64,000 nt of DNA from Vicugna vicugna. Its lineage: Eukaryota. The position numbers and the translations under genes are program-made. The DNA lies in NCBI GenBank assembly GCA_013265495.1, contig MU063892.1:620001-684000 (forward strand), given 5' to 3'. Positions 48,186 through 60,929 of this stretch are shown one piece after another. A model generated the notes under the pieces. It was given only the letters and a program-made list of their open reading frames with translations. It did no database searches and was not told where the DNA came from. The stretch's first letter is position 1, and each line of letters opens with the position of its first letter.

Positions 48186-49394
48186 CTTAAAGTAAAGTAA
48201 AATTCAGTGAACGAGAGGACATTTGGTGAGGAATGTGGCAAGTGGTGGCACCTGTTCCTCTCGTGACCTCATGAGCCTGGGGAAGGCCAAGTGCCTGCCT
48301 TACACTTCATTTCTTCTGCCTGGGCCTCACCTGGGCCAGCTGCCCTGCACACTCAGAGAGGACAGGGCCAGAGTGGGAGGAGGAGGAGGACTCGGAACCA
48401 GCCAAGAACACCCCTGACCCTGGCCTCAGACACTCAGACAGGAGCATCTGGGGATTGTAGAGTCACCCCATCCTTCCCTGACAGTCCCGACCCCCTCTGC
48501 TGCCTCACTGTCTGTGCTGGTTTGCACAGACCACTGTCCATGTCTGTCTACTCCATCAGCCCCTGGCCACACTGGACTTCAATCACCTGTGTGTCTCTGG
48601 CCCAAGGCCCTGCACACAGCAGGTGCTCAGTGAGAGTTTGCTAGACAAATCGCTGGTGATCAGTTAGAAAGAAACTCAAAAATGGATATGAAGGGAGTGG
48701 CAGACAGGGTGGAAAAACAAGAAAAGTTATGCCTGAACAGGAAGGCACCCAGACAGGCTTTGGCCAGAGAAGTTCAAACTGAAGAATGCAGGATCCCTGC
48801 AGGGGGAGGGGGCAGGGAGGGGGAGGGAGCCCCTTTCTGGAGATTTATAATTTCTGGTGCCCAAAGGAGCTACAGAGCCATCAGGAGAGCAAACGTAAAG
48901 GACCAAGAGAGGTCACAGCATGCAGGGGCACACAGCAGACAGCCCCCCGAAGATCAGGCTACCCTGTGTCCCAGGGCTTTCTCTTAAATACTTAACAACC
49001 TTTCCTCCCTCAGCTCTTCCCCGACCAAAGCCTCTCATTCACTGTGACAATGCCAGGCAGAAGTGACAGTGACAGGCAGAAGCGCCTGGCCAGGGGCAGA
49101 GGACACAGCTGAGCAGGCTCACAGTGGCCTGGTCTGGTCTGCCACATATCTGCTCATTCAGGGCAGCGTCCACAAGGGCCAGTCCCTCAGCACGGCATGC
49201 CTGGCTTCCACAAATGCGCGTGGCCCCATCTGTCCTGCGGCTCCAGTGCCCTTTGCTCCAGTCCCTTGACAGTCCTAAAAAAAGGTCCTGCAAGATTCCC
49301 GCAGCCACACTTCTGCCCAGGTGGCTCCCTTACCAGGAGGCCCTTCCTACTCTCTGCGGCCCACCTGGGTTTTATCCAACCTTTAGGATAAAGA

Positions 49395-49650
49395 TCTCTA
49401 ACTAAAGAATATGGGCTGTATTTGGTCAACATTCATGTTTTGTTTAGCCCACACAGTGTTTGACATTTTTAAGTTTTGAATCAAGTCCCAACATTTAAAG
49501 ATGCGAAATTTCAAAATGTCACCAAGAAATTCTAGACTTCTGGCTTCTCTTATAAATCCAAATGGCACAGTGGCTGCTGCCCCCTTAGCAGGACACGCAC
49601 CCTCCAGGTTGCCAGTGTCCACCACACTGGCGCTGCCTCGGCCTGTGCAG
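49395..49650 (+). mobile_element. hAT-Charlie DNA transposon relic, MER102-like
   Basis: atgttttgtttagcccacacagtgttt...cccaacatttaaagat...cttctggcttctctta...ggctgctgcccccttagcaggacacgcaccctccagg matches the recalled MER102 consensus. Confidence 0.65.
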
Positions 49651-50519
49651 CAGCTGGCACGATGGAGTGGGCCCCCCCCTACATCTCCCAGAGACATGCC
49701 CAGCACCCGGCGCACAGTAGGGACTGGCTCATTGTGTGTGACATGGAAATGAACAAAGACACCGTGCCCAGATCTCCTGATTGCTATCTGCCTCCCTCCA
49801 AGACCCCAACAGGGACAGGACGATGCTCTGGGTCCTGGGTCACCCTCCCACAGTGGGGCACACCTGTAGTGGGACCCTAGGGCTGTGACCAGATTCTCAC
49901 ATCAATATCTGATCTTTGCTTCATACGCTGCATCTTCTGGAGCCCAGCTAAAGTCAGAGCAGTGCTCCTCTCATCTCTTCACCTTCCATCAAGTGGCAAG
50001 ATTCTGAGCCGGCCCATAGACGCTGATCCCCAGGACTTTTACTAAACAGAAAAGCAGAAATTCGGCAGCAAGAACTAACAAAGCCAAGGCTTCCTCGATG
50101 CCTGCCTGCAGGAGGCCTGCCCCGCTCTGAAGCCAGTAGCCAACTCTTTCCTTTTTCTGGGTTTTCAAGGTCAGAGTCACATTGGCAGGAAGGATTCTCT
50201 TTGTTCTCCTGCCTCCAACTTACCCCAAACACAGACACTGTGCCCAAGAGCCAGGTCCTCAGCAGTGGCAGAGGACGCCCCTGCTCCTGGGGGTCAGGGG
50301 AGCAGTGAGAGCCAGCCAGGCGCTGGTCGTGCCCCCAGGGGCCCTGCTTCCAGGGAAACAGCGTTGCTGTGGGCCTGGCTTCCCTGCCAGCTTGGGAGCA
50401 CCATCTCTGGTCCACAGTGCCATGCTTGATAGGAGAGGAACAGCTGACAGTCCCCAGAGTGTGCTCCCAGCCCAGGGAGCGAGCCCCCACCCAGAGGATG
50501 GGCTGGCTGGGCTCTGCCC

Positions 50520-50730
50520 CTCGCTGGCTGACCTGTAACCTCAGGCTACCTGCTTCCTCTCTCTGAGCTTCAGTTTCTTCATTTGGAAAATGGGGAAATA
50601 AATACCTGATCCGAAACAATCAACCTCCTAATGGGACCTGGAGGAGCTTTGTGAATCATAAAGTGCCAGGCCAGAGTTAATTATTCCAGCACCTGGCACA
50701 GCACCTAGCACGCAGTAGGTGCTCACTGTA
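50520..50730 (+). mobile_element. MIR SINE
   Basis: ctctctgagcttcagtttcttcatttggaaaatggggaaataaatacct...cctagcacgcagtaggtgctca. Confidence 0.7.
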
Positions 50731-52389
50731 TCGTTCGTGGTGCATTTATTGGGCCCTGCACTGTGCTGGGCTGCGTGCAAGGTGTCCAGGCCCAGAATGA
50801 AGGCCTGCCTGTGCACAGGAGGTCTGCCCTTCAATGGGGCCTGCAGACAACTGTCATACCATGAGAACTGCCAGGAAGTAAGGATCAGGATGCTGTGAGA
50901 CACATGGCTCCCCCAGGTTGGGTGAGGGACCCAGGCCTTATAAGAGCTACTGGCTACTGGGCAGCAGAGGCCAGAGCTGAGGATGCTCAGCTGTAGGCTG
51001 CCTGGCACTCTACCCACTTCCCAACAGCTTAGTGTAAAGAGAGAGCTGCCAGGTGTGGTGAGCAACCCAGTTCTCTGAAGGCACCCAAGTGCATGTGCAC
51101 GTCTGTGCACCTGGGCACGTGCGCCAGGGAACGAACAGTGACACAGCATGTGGGCCAGATCCCGTGCCACACTTTTCACCTCTGCTCTCTTAGTGGCCCC
51201 AACACCTGCTTGGGCAATGGTTAAAATAATACAGACATGGGCCCCACCCACCAAGAGGTGAGGCCACCCCATCCCCAGAGAACAGTGCTGCCCAGAGCCC
51301 GGAGTCACACCGCCCAGGGGCGCCGTTCTGGCTGTGCCCCTTATCAGCCCGTGAGACCCATGTCAAGTCACCAAACCTCTTGGCTCCTGGTTCCCCAATC
51401 TCTCAGGTCACTGTGAACATTAAGAGACAAAGCACCTGGCGCAGAAAGAGTGCTCAGCCTCACACCCATCCCCTACCTAATCCAAGCCCGTCAAACACAG
51501 GCACATGCACGCACACATGCATGCACTGTGGGGACCCAGCCTACACCCGGCTCACCTCTGTGTCTCCTCCTCTCCTTACCTGCTGTTTCTGCCCCTCTTA
51601 ACTACTTCACAATCCCCTGCTGCTCTGAGCCCTTTCCCGCCTCCCAGAGCAGCCTCAGGTCCCAAGAGGACAGGGAAGTTCGAAGCTTTGAGTACTGGGC
51701 TCGCTCATGGGGCTCCCTCTGCCTCACAGCACTTGTCCTTTCTTTGCCATCTGATGAACTCATCCTCTTTCCAGCCTCAACTCCCACCACTTCGGGGAAG
51801 TCCTATCCCCAATTCCTTGAGAGCAGCCCCAACACTCACCCACCACCCAAGCAGAGAAGTGCAGAGAGAAGTGGGCAAAGCCTCCAGCTCCTTGCATGTT
51901 CCTGGATATATTCCTTCCCCATTCTTGGCCTCAGCTTTCCTACCTATGAAAGGACCTCCATTACTTCTCACCTACGGCCCCAGCATGAGCTTGCTCATGT
52001 GCTCTATTTGGGAGAGGTGGAGAGCATCTCCAGGTTCACCCCAAGGTTCTGGAAGGCTGGGAAGGAATTAGACTCTGCCTTGCTCTACTTGGCAGGGCAG
52101 GGCAAGTACAGTTCAAGAGACCCCAGCCAGCACCCCCAAGAGACCCCACTTGCTACCGGGGGAGCAGATCCAGTAACCAAGCACAGAAAATGCAGAATAG
52201 AGGGAAGTCCACTGGGGTTGGGGGCAAGGGATCATGGCAGGCTTCAAGCAGAAGCTAAGACTTGACAGACAGGTAGGATCACAGGAGGAAGGGAGTCGGA
52301 GGAGAAGAGAAGAATTCCAGACCAAGGGAACAATGTGAGACAGAAGCCACGACACCGTGACAGCGAATACATCTCATGCTACTACGGCT

Positions 52390-52560
52390 GTCTCAAGGCA
52401 CTCGGCTAAGCATTTAGATAAGAGTCTCATTTATTCCTCTCGACTACCTTGGAGATAGGCACTGCTGTTATCTCCATTTTAGAGAGTTAAGCAAGTTCCC
52501 CAAAGTCACAGCACTGATAAGTGATGGAGCTGGGATCCGAACCCAGGCATCCGCCTGGTG
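52390..52560 (-). mobile_element. MIR SINE
   Basis: tgttatctccattttagaga...ccaaagtcacagcactgataagtgatggagctgggatccgaacccagg. Confidence 0.75.
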
Positions 52561-55259
52561 TGTCTGTGTGATTAAACAGGGGTGACCAGGCACGGAGGCT
52601 CAGGGGAGTGAGGATGAGAGTCTGGGGACTCCCAGGAGACTTGTTAAGACCTCAAAGTTGTGCATTGTTTTCCCTGCAGCCTGCTCTTGGGAGGCACCCA
52701 ACCCAGGCCAGTCTTGTTGCTGAAATCCCTTTAGGGTGACCCACCCGTGCATGGGAGCGTGGCAGCCACACAGAGTCCAAGGACCCCGGCCACACACTTC
52801 CTTTGCACCATCTGCCTCAAGGATGCAGGGAGCGTCTGCTAATGAGTGAGCGAGCTGCGTGAGCAGGGGAGGGGCTGGGAGCGAGCAGCCAGTCAGGAGC
52901 CGAGGCTGTCAGCGGCCACACCGACAGGCTGGCTCCAAGCTGTTGCCAGGGCAGCCCGGAGATTCTGCCTTTGCAGGCGGAGTGATTTAGAACCAGTTGC
53001 TCTCCCCTGGGCCACCAACTCCGCCAGCCCGGGGCTCCCCATCCAGTGCCTGGCCCTTCCAAAACCTCAGCACAGACTGTCAGGGGTCCCATAGGGAGGG
53101 CCACTGGCACGAGAGGCCATCAAGACAGAAAGTGTGGGCACACTTCACGTGATGGAAACAAGCCCCTTGTTACCACTGTCCCAAACAGGGACCAGGGCTG
53201 GGGGTTTGAGGCTCCTGGGTCAGTTTCCAACAACCCAGGTCCATCTTGTAGGACACTCACCACTAAGAGGGACCTGCACTCCCGCAGCAGCAGGAGACCG
53301 CTGGCTAGAGGGGGAGGCGAGAGAAGGAAGGGTGATAAGGGAGCTGAGCGGAGAGCGGCACCGGGAAGGCAGGACGCTGACAAATGTTCACCAGGGCTCC
53401 TCTCAGCGTTTAACACGTGGCTGCCCCCCCTGCAGGGTTGGGATAATTCTGGGTGGGGAGGAGTGAGCACAGGCTAGTGTGGCTGGAGGGGCAGATGATG
53501 GTCAGCCCCGCGCACCCAGTGTGCTGCAAAGTGGTGGGCACATTAAGAACATGACTGACGGTGTGACAAACACACGTGTGACATGTCAGTGCATCTACCC
53601 AAGGGCAAACTCGTAGGAGCCCCTAACAGGGACTCAGATGTGTCAGGGGGAGCTACAGCAAGCCCATTAAGTGGTTTTCTGTACAACTGCTCCAGACGGA
53701 TGCAACGTTTCCTCTCGTTTAGAAATGTGTTCCACTAGTGCGACGAGTGCCTTTAAATGTGACCGGATAAAAAGCCCAGAGGGCATGGCCACGCTGTCTG
53801 TACCTGCTCTAAGATTCAGGCAAGCTCAGCAAAACAGCCCTTCACAAGCAGCCTGTCCGGGTCCAGAATCCTGTTTGCCTGAGTCCCACCACCCAGTGGG
53901 GGACCTTGACCACTAAGCCAAGCCACTGAGCAGGTTGGCAGTTCCTGCCATGGGAACACTGGCATCACCTGAGAGTGAACCTCGGGTGCCAGGTGCTTCT
54001 CCAGGGCAGAAGGACAAAGTGGGGGGCTCACGAGAGGCCACGGGGCTGTCCTTCTGAGAGCTGGCTAAAATGTGTGTGCACACGGCAGGGCACAGTATGA
54101 GGCTCACCTTTACGGAAACTCTCTTCCTGGTAGTCCTGGGGGCAAAACAGACAGAGTCCCCACCCACCACTAACCATCAGAGGCTCCTGAGATCTACGGA
54201 ATGAACCTGGCTGGCTAAGTGGCCACCTGGACTTAGGAGGGAGAGGCAGCAGGGATAACAAATTGAAAATGTGCGGTGACGGGTCACCAGGCCTGCTGCT
54301 GATTCCCCGGGTTCCCCGAAGACCACAGTGGGAGCCATGGAACCAGGATCAGAGGACAGCCCACTGACTACCTGCAGATAACAAAGAGCGTCATGAAAAC
54401 AAGCAGGGGCCCATAGTGCCCAAGCTGGGGCAGAAATCAAGGGATCTAAGGTCTGGGACCCACCCATAACCCAGGAAGAAGAAAAAGTGTGGGACAAGCC
54501 TTGACCTGGCTCCTGCTTCACATCTGCCTGGGCTCAGGGTGGCTGGAGTGTGCCACCATGGAGAGACAGGGACTGCCTCCCAAGGAGAACCAAGATTTGG
54601 AACTAAAGTCAGGGCTGTTGCAGTGACCCTGAAACCCCACCAGAAGGGGGTCTGGTCAGCCTGGCTTTCTCTCCAAGGGAGGGGCTGGTTCCCTGAGAAG
54701 CAGGGGCAAGACCAGAAAGCAGACCTGGAGGCACTGGCTCCAGGATGCCCTAGTGCCCCCCACTGGCACCCCGCTGGGTGGCTGGATTCCCTCAACCTTC
54801 AGGGCCAGCCCCAGGCCTGCCTGGAACCTCACAGTAGATGCCCTGCTGTTTATCAGAAGAACTAAGCAGATTTCCTTTGGAAGTGGAATCTGAGCAGGAC
54901 AAAGGGCCCTCGGCTGGGGCTCTCCAACCAGACCAAATAAACACTCAGCCTCTCGCCAGGGGGGCTGCAGTTGATATTTGGAGAGGGGCAGGAAAGAGAC
55001 AATCTGAGCTGAGTTTGGGCTGAAACTGGCTTTCAGCCAACAGCAGTAGCAAAACACTCCAGGCCAAGTTCCTGCTTTGTCTGGGTCTCAGCTGCCCACC
55101 TGGCTCCCTAGGGGCACGGTGAGGCCTGGTCCCCCAAGCTGGAGCAGGCAGTGGTACACCCAGCCTCAAGGTTATTCTGCAGCCTGATAACCCAGCACCC
55201 CAGCCACCAACATCCCTCAGAGGCATGGGACCCTTCCAGAGAGGGGAGAATTCAGAGCT

Positions 55260-55420
55260 GCTAGCTGGACGTCTCAATACTTGAGTGGGTCTCAGAATCA
55301 CCTGGGGGCTTGTCATGAAGACAGATTCTGGGGCCAGTCCTAGATCTGTGAATCGGACTCTCCAAGGTAGGACTCTGGGATCTTTTTGCCTGGTTCCCAG
55401 GGCACCATGCGGCTCAGCTG
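55260..55420. mobile_element. MER5A-like hAT MITE
   Basis: tctcaatacttgagtgggtctcagaatcacctgggggcttgt...acagattctggggcc. Similar relics at ~3845-3965 and ~62140-62235 (gcagcggttctcaaactt...gtggggcccaagaacctgcacttt). Confidence 0.65.
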
Positions 55421-55984
55421 TATCCAGGAACCTAGAGAAGGTGAGGTGACCTCTGATGTCTCCCAAAGCCCCCTTCCCAGGGCCTACAAGGAATGCCTGG
55501 CCTCTCCCCATCTGCTGCTGCCACTTCCTAAAACCCTGGGGAGTCCCCAGGTCTCAAAGCACCTTCGGCTGACAGTGCCTCTCCCCACCTCGGGAGGCAG
55601 CCAGTAAGGCCCCACCCAGTGACAGGCCAGCTGAGATTAACGGTAGGGAATAAATCAACCCAATTCATGGGGGGAGAAATATGTTGTTTACAGAGATTTT
55701 TTCGAAGAGGAGCCACCAGTTGACTTGGTATTTTGATCATTAGAAAATTACCCAAGTCGTGTTGCCGTTAAGAGGAAGCAAAGTCCAACAGGGCAGAGAG
55801 GCCTGGCCTGGGGCTGGTAGGGGCTCCGCTCTCTGGAGTCCTGTACCTTCCCAGCTCAGGAGATTCTTGGGTCGCCCTCCAGGGACCCCTGCTCTGCAGG
55901 AGTGAGGTCCCTGAGACTGGCTGGTGCCAAGCCCAAGGGAGGCACGTGCCAAGGCCAGTCCCTGAAGCAGGTGGGCACGCACCT

Positions 55985-56140
55985 GGGCTTGAAGGTACAC
56001 AGGTTCAAGTCCGGGCTCTGCCGTTTAAAGGCTAGATGATCTTGTGCGAGTCTCTCAACCACCTTCAGCTTTGGATTCCTCACTTGTAAAATGAGAAAAT
56101 GTCCATTTCCTAGGACTGCTGTGAGGGTTAAGACCACACA
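55985..56140 (+). mobile_element. MIR SINE
   Basis: ggttcaagtccgggctctgcc...ttcctcacttgtaaaatgagaaaat...gctgtgagggttaa. Confidence 0.7.
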
Positions 56141-57784
56141 GGCCCTCTCTCAGCCCCTAGCTCCCGTCCCCTGGGGACTGCACAAGCTCTTCTGTCGGCC
56201 CAGAAGGCCCTCCTGGCAAGCTCAGCTGGGCCCTCTCTCCCTCAGGTAAGCCATCCCCACCACCCCCAACAGATCAAACTCTCCAGCTCTGGGCTCGCAC
56301 TGCCTTCAGGACACATGCCTCAACAGCAATGACATGCTGACCCACAGGACACTTTCAGTGCGGAGAGGCGGGGCCAGTTTTGCATCCCCACTGCATCTCC
56401 CCAACCTGGCACCATGCCTGGCACACAGCGGGCCCCAACTGAACGGTATCCACTGTCCTCACGACCAGGCCATCAGAGCTCCCTGTCCTGTCACTGTCTC
56501 CAGACCTGACCACTCAGGAACTCTGGATTCCAACCCCTACAACATTCCAATCAGTGCCCTGCCCTAAAAGGGCCTTCTCAGACCAACCGGCCCCTGTGGA
56601 GCCTCACAACACAGCAGCTTCCGGGGACCTGGCCTTGCATGGCTCTCCAGATTTCTCATAGTAACACCTTCTTGGAGTTTCGGAAGCGAACCAAGTCATT
56701 TGCCAACTATTCTTTCCCATTAATCTCACAATGCATTTGCTATTTTCCCTCCATAATGACTCATTTAGCACCAATAGAGCAATTAAGCAGACCACAGAAT
56801 ATTGATTTTCTAAGTGGGAGGAATGTCCGCACAAATATCTCTTTACGCCCGTCTCAGGCTGTCTCCTGCTACATGACAGGGTGAACCTCAGGAGGGCTCA
56901 GCTAGATCTGCTGGCTGGATTCTGGGGTCTCCAATGGAAGCTCAAAAGCATGGTATGTGCATATGTGGAAGAGTGTGTGGGCACCTGAGATGAAATGACA
57001 AAATTCTCATTGGACGTGCATGTTCCCATATAGACCTCAGAACTCTTGGAGACAGGCACCATTATCACACTCACTTTAAAGACGAGGAAACAGAGGTTTA
57101 GAGATTAAGTGGCTTGTCTTAGATCACACAGGCAGTTAGGGAGCCAGACCCAGACGCAGGTCCGTGTGTCAGCAGAGCAGCAGAGCTGTTCATCAGGGCA
57201 TCCTGCGTGGCCTGCTCTCTGTGGGAGCCAGGGGAATGTGGCACCGGTGGGGGAGCAGGGAGGGCAATGCAGTCCCTCTCATCGTGTGACCCAAGGAGAC
57301 ACCTGAGACATACAACAGCTGGTTTAGGTCCTGAGCTGCACACTGCAGCCTCTGCACCTGCCCCTGGCCAACCACCAGGCCTGGGCGGTGGCTCTCAGAA
57401 AGGCCTGAAGGAAGACACAACAGCTGGCCCTCCTCCTCCTCCACCTCGCAACTACCACCACCAGCCCAAGACAAGTGCCTATCCAGCTCGTGGGGCACTT
57501 CAACATCCCCACACTATAAAAAGGGAGGGCAGATGAACAGCATGAGAGTCAGGAACAGTTTGATGAGCTGGACATTGACAATAAGCCTTATCCACCGGTG
57601 TGCGGCTCCCAAATCAGGCCCCACAGCTGGGATCCTATCCAGCAAGAGTCTGGCTTACCTCCTACCTCCCACTCCCAGGAACTAACTTGCGGCAAGCTGG
57701 GAAGAGGGCTGTAGGGGCAAAAGGTCCCCAAGGTCCCAGGGAGCAATGGCTTCTTGGTGGCCAGGGGAAAGAGCTGAAGGTCCA

Positions 57785-57960
57785 GTTAGCAGACATGGAT
57801 TTAAATACCAGCTCTGCCACCATCTATGCGCCTTTGGGTGGAATAATGACCTCTGAGACTCAGTTTCCTTATCTGTAAAAGGAATAATGCCTGTCTTGCC
57901 ACCTCCCCAGCTGGTACGAGGGTCCAGCAGTAAATGATAAAGTGCCACCTAAATGTTGGA
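57785..57960 (+). mobile_element. MIR SINE
   Basis: gacatggatttaaataccagctctgccacc...ctctgagactcagtttccttatctgtaaaaggaataat. Confidence 0.75.
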
Positions 57961-58059
57961 TAGTGAAGCTCAACAGAAGGGAAGGTTTCTGAGCTGGAGC
58001 TGCCCATTACTGGAGGTAAGCGAGCAGGCCCTGGACAGCCCGTGAATATGGGGAGCAGA

Positions 58060-58255
58060 GCATCCTATACATCCTTTTGGACACCCAGATGCACATCAGC
58101 ATATTAAAGGCTCCCAGGAGTCAAGCATTGAAGAAATTTACTTGCTTCGGTTCACTGGATGCTTCCCTGCCTTGTTTGGACTTGTCATCATCAATGTCCA
58201 TTAACACCTACAAGGATGTGGTGTTCTGTGGAACCCAGTTTGAGAAATGCTCCCA
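58060..58255 (+). mobile_element. hAT MITE (MER5/MER112-like); a related copy lies in reverse at ~59385-59590
   Basis: attaaaggctcccaggagtc...gaagaaatttact...gtgttctgtggaacccagtttgagaaatgct. The second copy reads agtgtttaccaaagaatgttctgtagaacact...gtttctttactgcaggacctcccagggcc. Subfamily uncertain. Confidence 0.5.
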
Positions 58256-60664
58256 CGGGCGCTTTGGACGATGACTAGGGGAGGAAGGGAAGAAAGCAAG
58301 GCCTTTCAAGTACAACTCTGATTAGAGAGACAACAGGACCTTCCCCAACGTCAACCACAAGTCAGGTGCAGACCTAGCCCTCAAACTCCCTACTACACAA
58401 CAGGGAGACAAACCCATATGTCCAGAGAGAACACTGACTTCAACGAAACAACATTAAAAAGGGACCTAGAAACCTCAAAAAGGAGTCACTCCCAGGCTAT
58501 CCGTGACCTGAACATGCCTAGAGACTTGGAGGGATTGAAGAAGAAGAAAGGCCTCAAGCAGAAATGCCTCCCTCTTCCCTGCTCTTGCCTGAAAATTCAC
58601 CATCATGGCCTTCTCCTTCTGGGCTACCCAAAAGGGGGCTAAGTCCCCACAATAGTTGATCATATTTCAGAGAAGAGTTTGTGGGACCACAGAAAGGGGG
58701 AGAACACAGTTATCTGTGTGTCCAGGCCCCATCTGTGGATCCCAGAAGAAGGCAGCGGGCACCACCAGCCCCTCCCATTACGATGCTGCAGGCGCTGCGT
58801 GGACACACCCCCTCCAACCCAGTGCCCTCTCCTCTCCCTGGGGGCTCTGTGCCAGGAAAGGCTGAGGAGTCTGGGAACCACTGGCTCCCTGGAAGGGCTC
58901 CGGCAAACCCACCCATGGCAAACCCATCCATAATGGTGCAGACTTTGCTCCCAGCAAGGACAGAGCCTTATTAATTATTCAGGGGATGGTGCAATTATGC
59001 AAATCAGTGGGCAGCCTCTGCCCGACTGCTGCCTTCTGCAGCAGTCCAGGGGGAGGGGGTGCCCAGAGCCCAAGCGGCTGGGTACCAGAAGAGAGTCACC
59101 CAGCCAGTGAAAGGGGGAAGAAACCCCCCACATTCCGGGCCTACCAGAGGGCCCAGAGCCAGGCCCCATCCCACACACCGGAGAGCTAGTAGCTGCTTTG
59201 AGGAACATTCAGAAGACCTGGGGATGCCTTTTTCCAAAACAAAACAAAACACACCCTAAAGCTGCTGCTGGGCCAGCAATGGCATCATTCAGGGCTTGAT
59301 CCTGTCGGTCCTGAAGGCATGGAATACTTTCAAAGTTCCCTCTTAAAGCAAGTGTCTAAGGAGAGGTAACACCTCAAATTAGTGTTTACCAAAGAATGTT
59401 CTGTAGAACACTGCTGCTCCTGGGGTGGGGGTGGAGAGGACAGGAAACCCTGGATTAAACAAGGTGGAGCTGGTTTCTTTACTGCAGGACCTCCCAGGGC
59501 CGAGAGCGAGGACGCCATGATGCCCGTGGAGGAGGACATCTGGTCTCACCTCCAGGAACCAGGAAGCAAGTCTGATAAACACTGGACAGACTGCTCACTA
59601 AATCCTCTGCCGGGTCCATCACCCCTGGACTCTGAAATCCCTTGCAGTAGGTTTCCACTACTCTCATACACAACCATCATCAAAAATGTGAACTTCAAGT
59701 GCGTGGGGCAGCTACACAAGACCAGCTCGGGTCTGTTGGCTGGGGCTCTTGGCAGGACGCTTACCCATGGCCCTGCCACTGCCCTCACCTGCTTCTGCTC
59801 CTTCCTGAGGCCCAGCAGCTGTACGGGTGCCTGGTGCCACCTCAGGTCCACATAGGGCTGGGTTAACTGGGAGCTCGCTCAGCTGCACCATCACAAGCCC
59901 TCAGCCAGCCCAGCTGGAGCTCAGTGCCAGACTCAGTCACCTTCCCACAGGTGAGGAAGGCCCACCTCCACTGCCACCTCAGGACTTCCTCCTGCAGAGC
60001 CCAGGGTGGCCCTGGGACATTTCCCCAGCCCCATCTGGCGGCTGCCACGTTCTCTCATATGGGAGACATAAAACACTCTGAAAACATCTAGATGCAAATC
60101 CCATCTCTGCCACCCACCTGCTGTAAGATCAGGGCATGTGGCTTTTACCTGTCAGAGCCTCAGTTTCCTCACCTGTAAAACAGGGAGAGAGCAGGACTGT
60201 GCAATAGTGTAGAGCACAGACTTGGGAGCCAGGCTCCTTGCGTTTGAATCCCAGCTCTGTACTCCAGCAGTGCAGCTCCAGGGATCACAACAGTGTGCAG
60301 TACATGGGCTGAGGTGAGGATGGAGTGAGCTCCTCTCAGGGAAGTGCTGAGAGCAGGCCTGGCCCACGGGACCTGTCCATCATGTTAACTATTACACTAG
60401 AGAGGGCCCCAGCTTTGAGTCCAAAGAGACCTAGATTCTAAATCCATCACAAGGGTAATCCCCGATAAGTGATTTTACCCCTCCCAGGCCAGTTTCGGCA
60501 CCTGTAAAATGGGGGGAGGATAACAGAGAGCAGTCCAGAGGATTAGAGATGCCGCACAGATGAGGCGCGGTGCTGGCACGCAGGAGATGCTCTATACACG
60601 GCAGGTAGTGTAGTGACCACATTACTGACCGAGCAGGTCGTCTGGGAAACGTCTGAGAGACCAG

Positions 60665-60895
60665 ACGGACAGTGGTTGCTGGCTGGCCTTAGATAATAAA
60701 GCCAGACCGCCTGGGTTTGAATCCCACCTACGAGCTGGATGACTCGGACAAGTTGCTCGGTCTCTCTGTGCCTCAATTTTCTTCTCTGTAAAATGAGGAC
60801 AGTAATGTCCTTCAGAGTGTTGTTGTAAGGATGAAATAAGACAATGCAGGAAAGGTGCCAGGCATGGAGCCTGGCCCAATGCAGGTGGCCACGCA
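60665..60895 (+). mobile_element. MIR SINE, near full length
   Basis: gccagaccgcctgggtttgaatccc...ctctctgtgcctcaattttcttctctgtaaaatgagga...gttgttgtaaggatgaaataag. Confidence 0.8.
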
Positions 60896-60898
60896 GGG

Positions 60899-60929
60899 GT
60901 ATGTGTGTGCGCGCGCGCGTGTGTGTACA
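60899..60929. repeat. (TG)n(CG)5(TG)n alternating purine-pyrimidine microsatellite
   Basis: gtatgtgtgtgcgcgcgcgcgtgtgtgtaca. Confidence 0.9.

Noticed and set aside
51450-52265. 271-aa plus-strand ORF, and other long intronic ORFs (22240-22947, 49954-50619, 50628-51308, 46467-47114, 33254-33844)
   Set aside because: No recognisable domain or codon bias, several overlap MIR/L2 relics, and many use non-ATG starts. ORFs of this size are expected by chance in GC-rich DNA.
58060-59590. Inverted pairs of hAT relics (58.1/59.5 kb; MER102-like 42.2/49.5 kb) as dsRNA or composite-transposon ends
   Set aside because: The copies are too diverged and truncated to pair stably; independent ancient insertions explain them.
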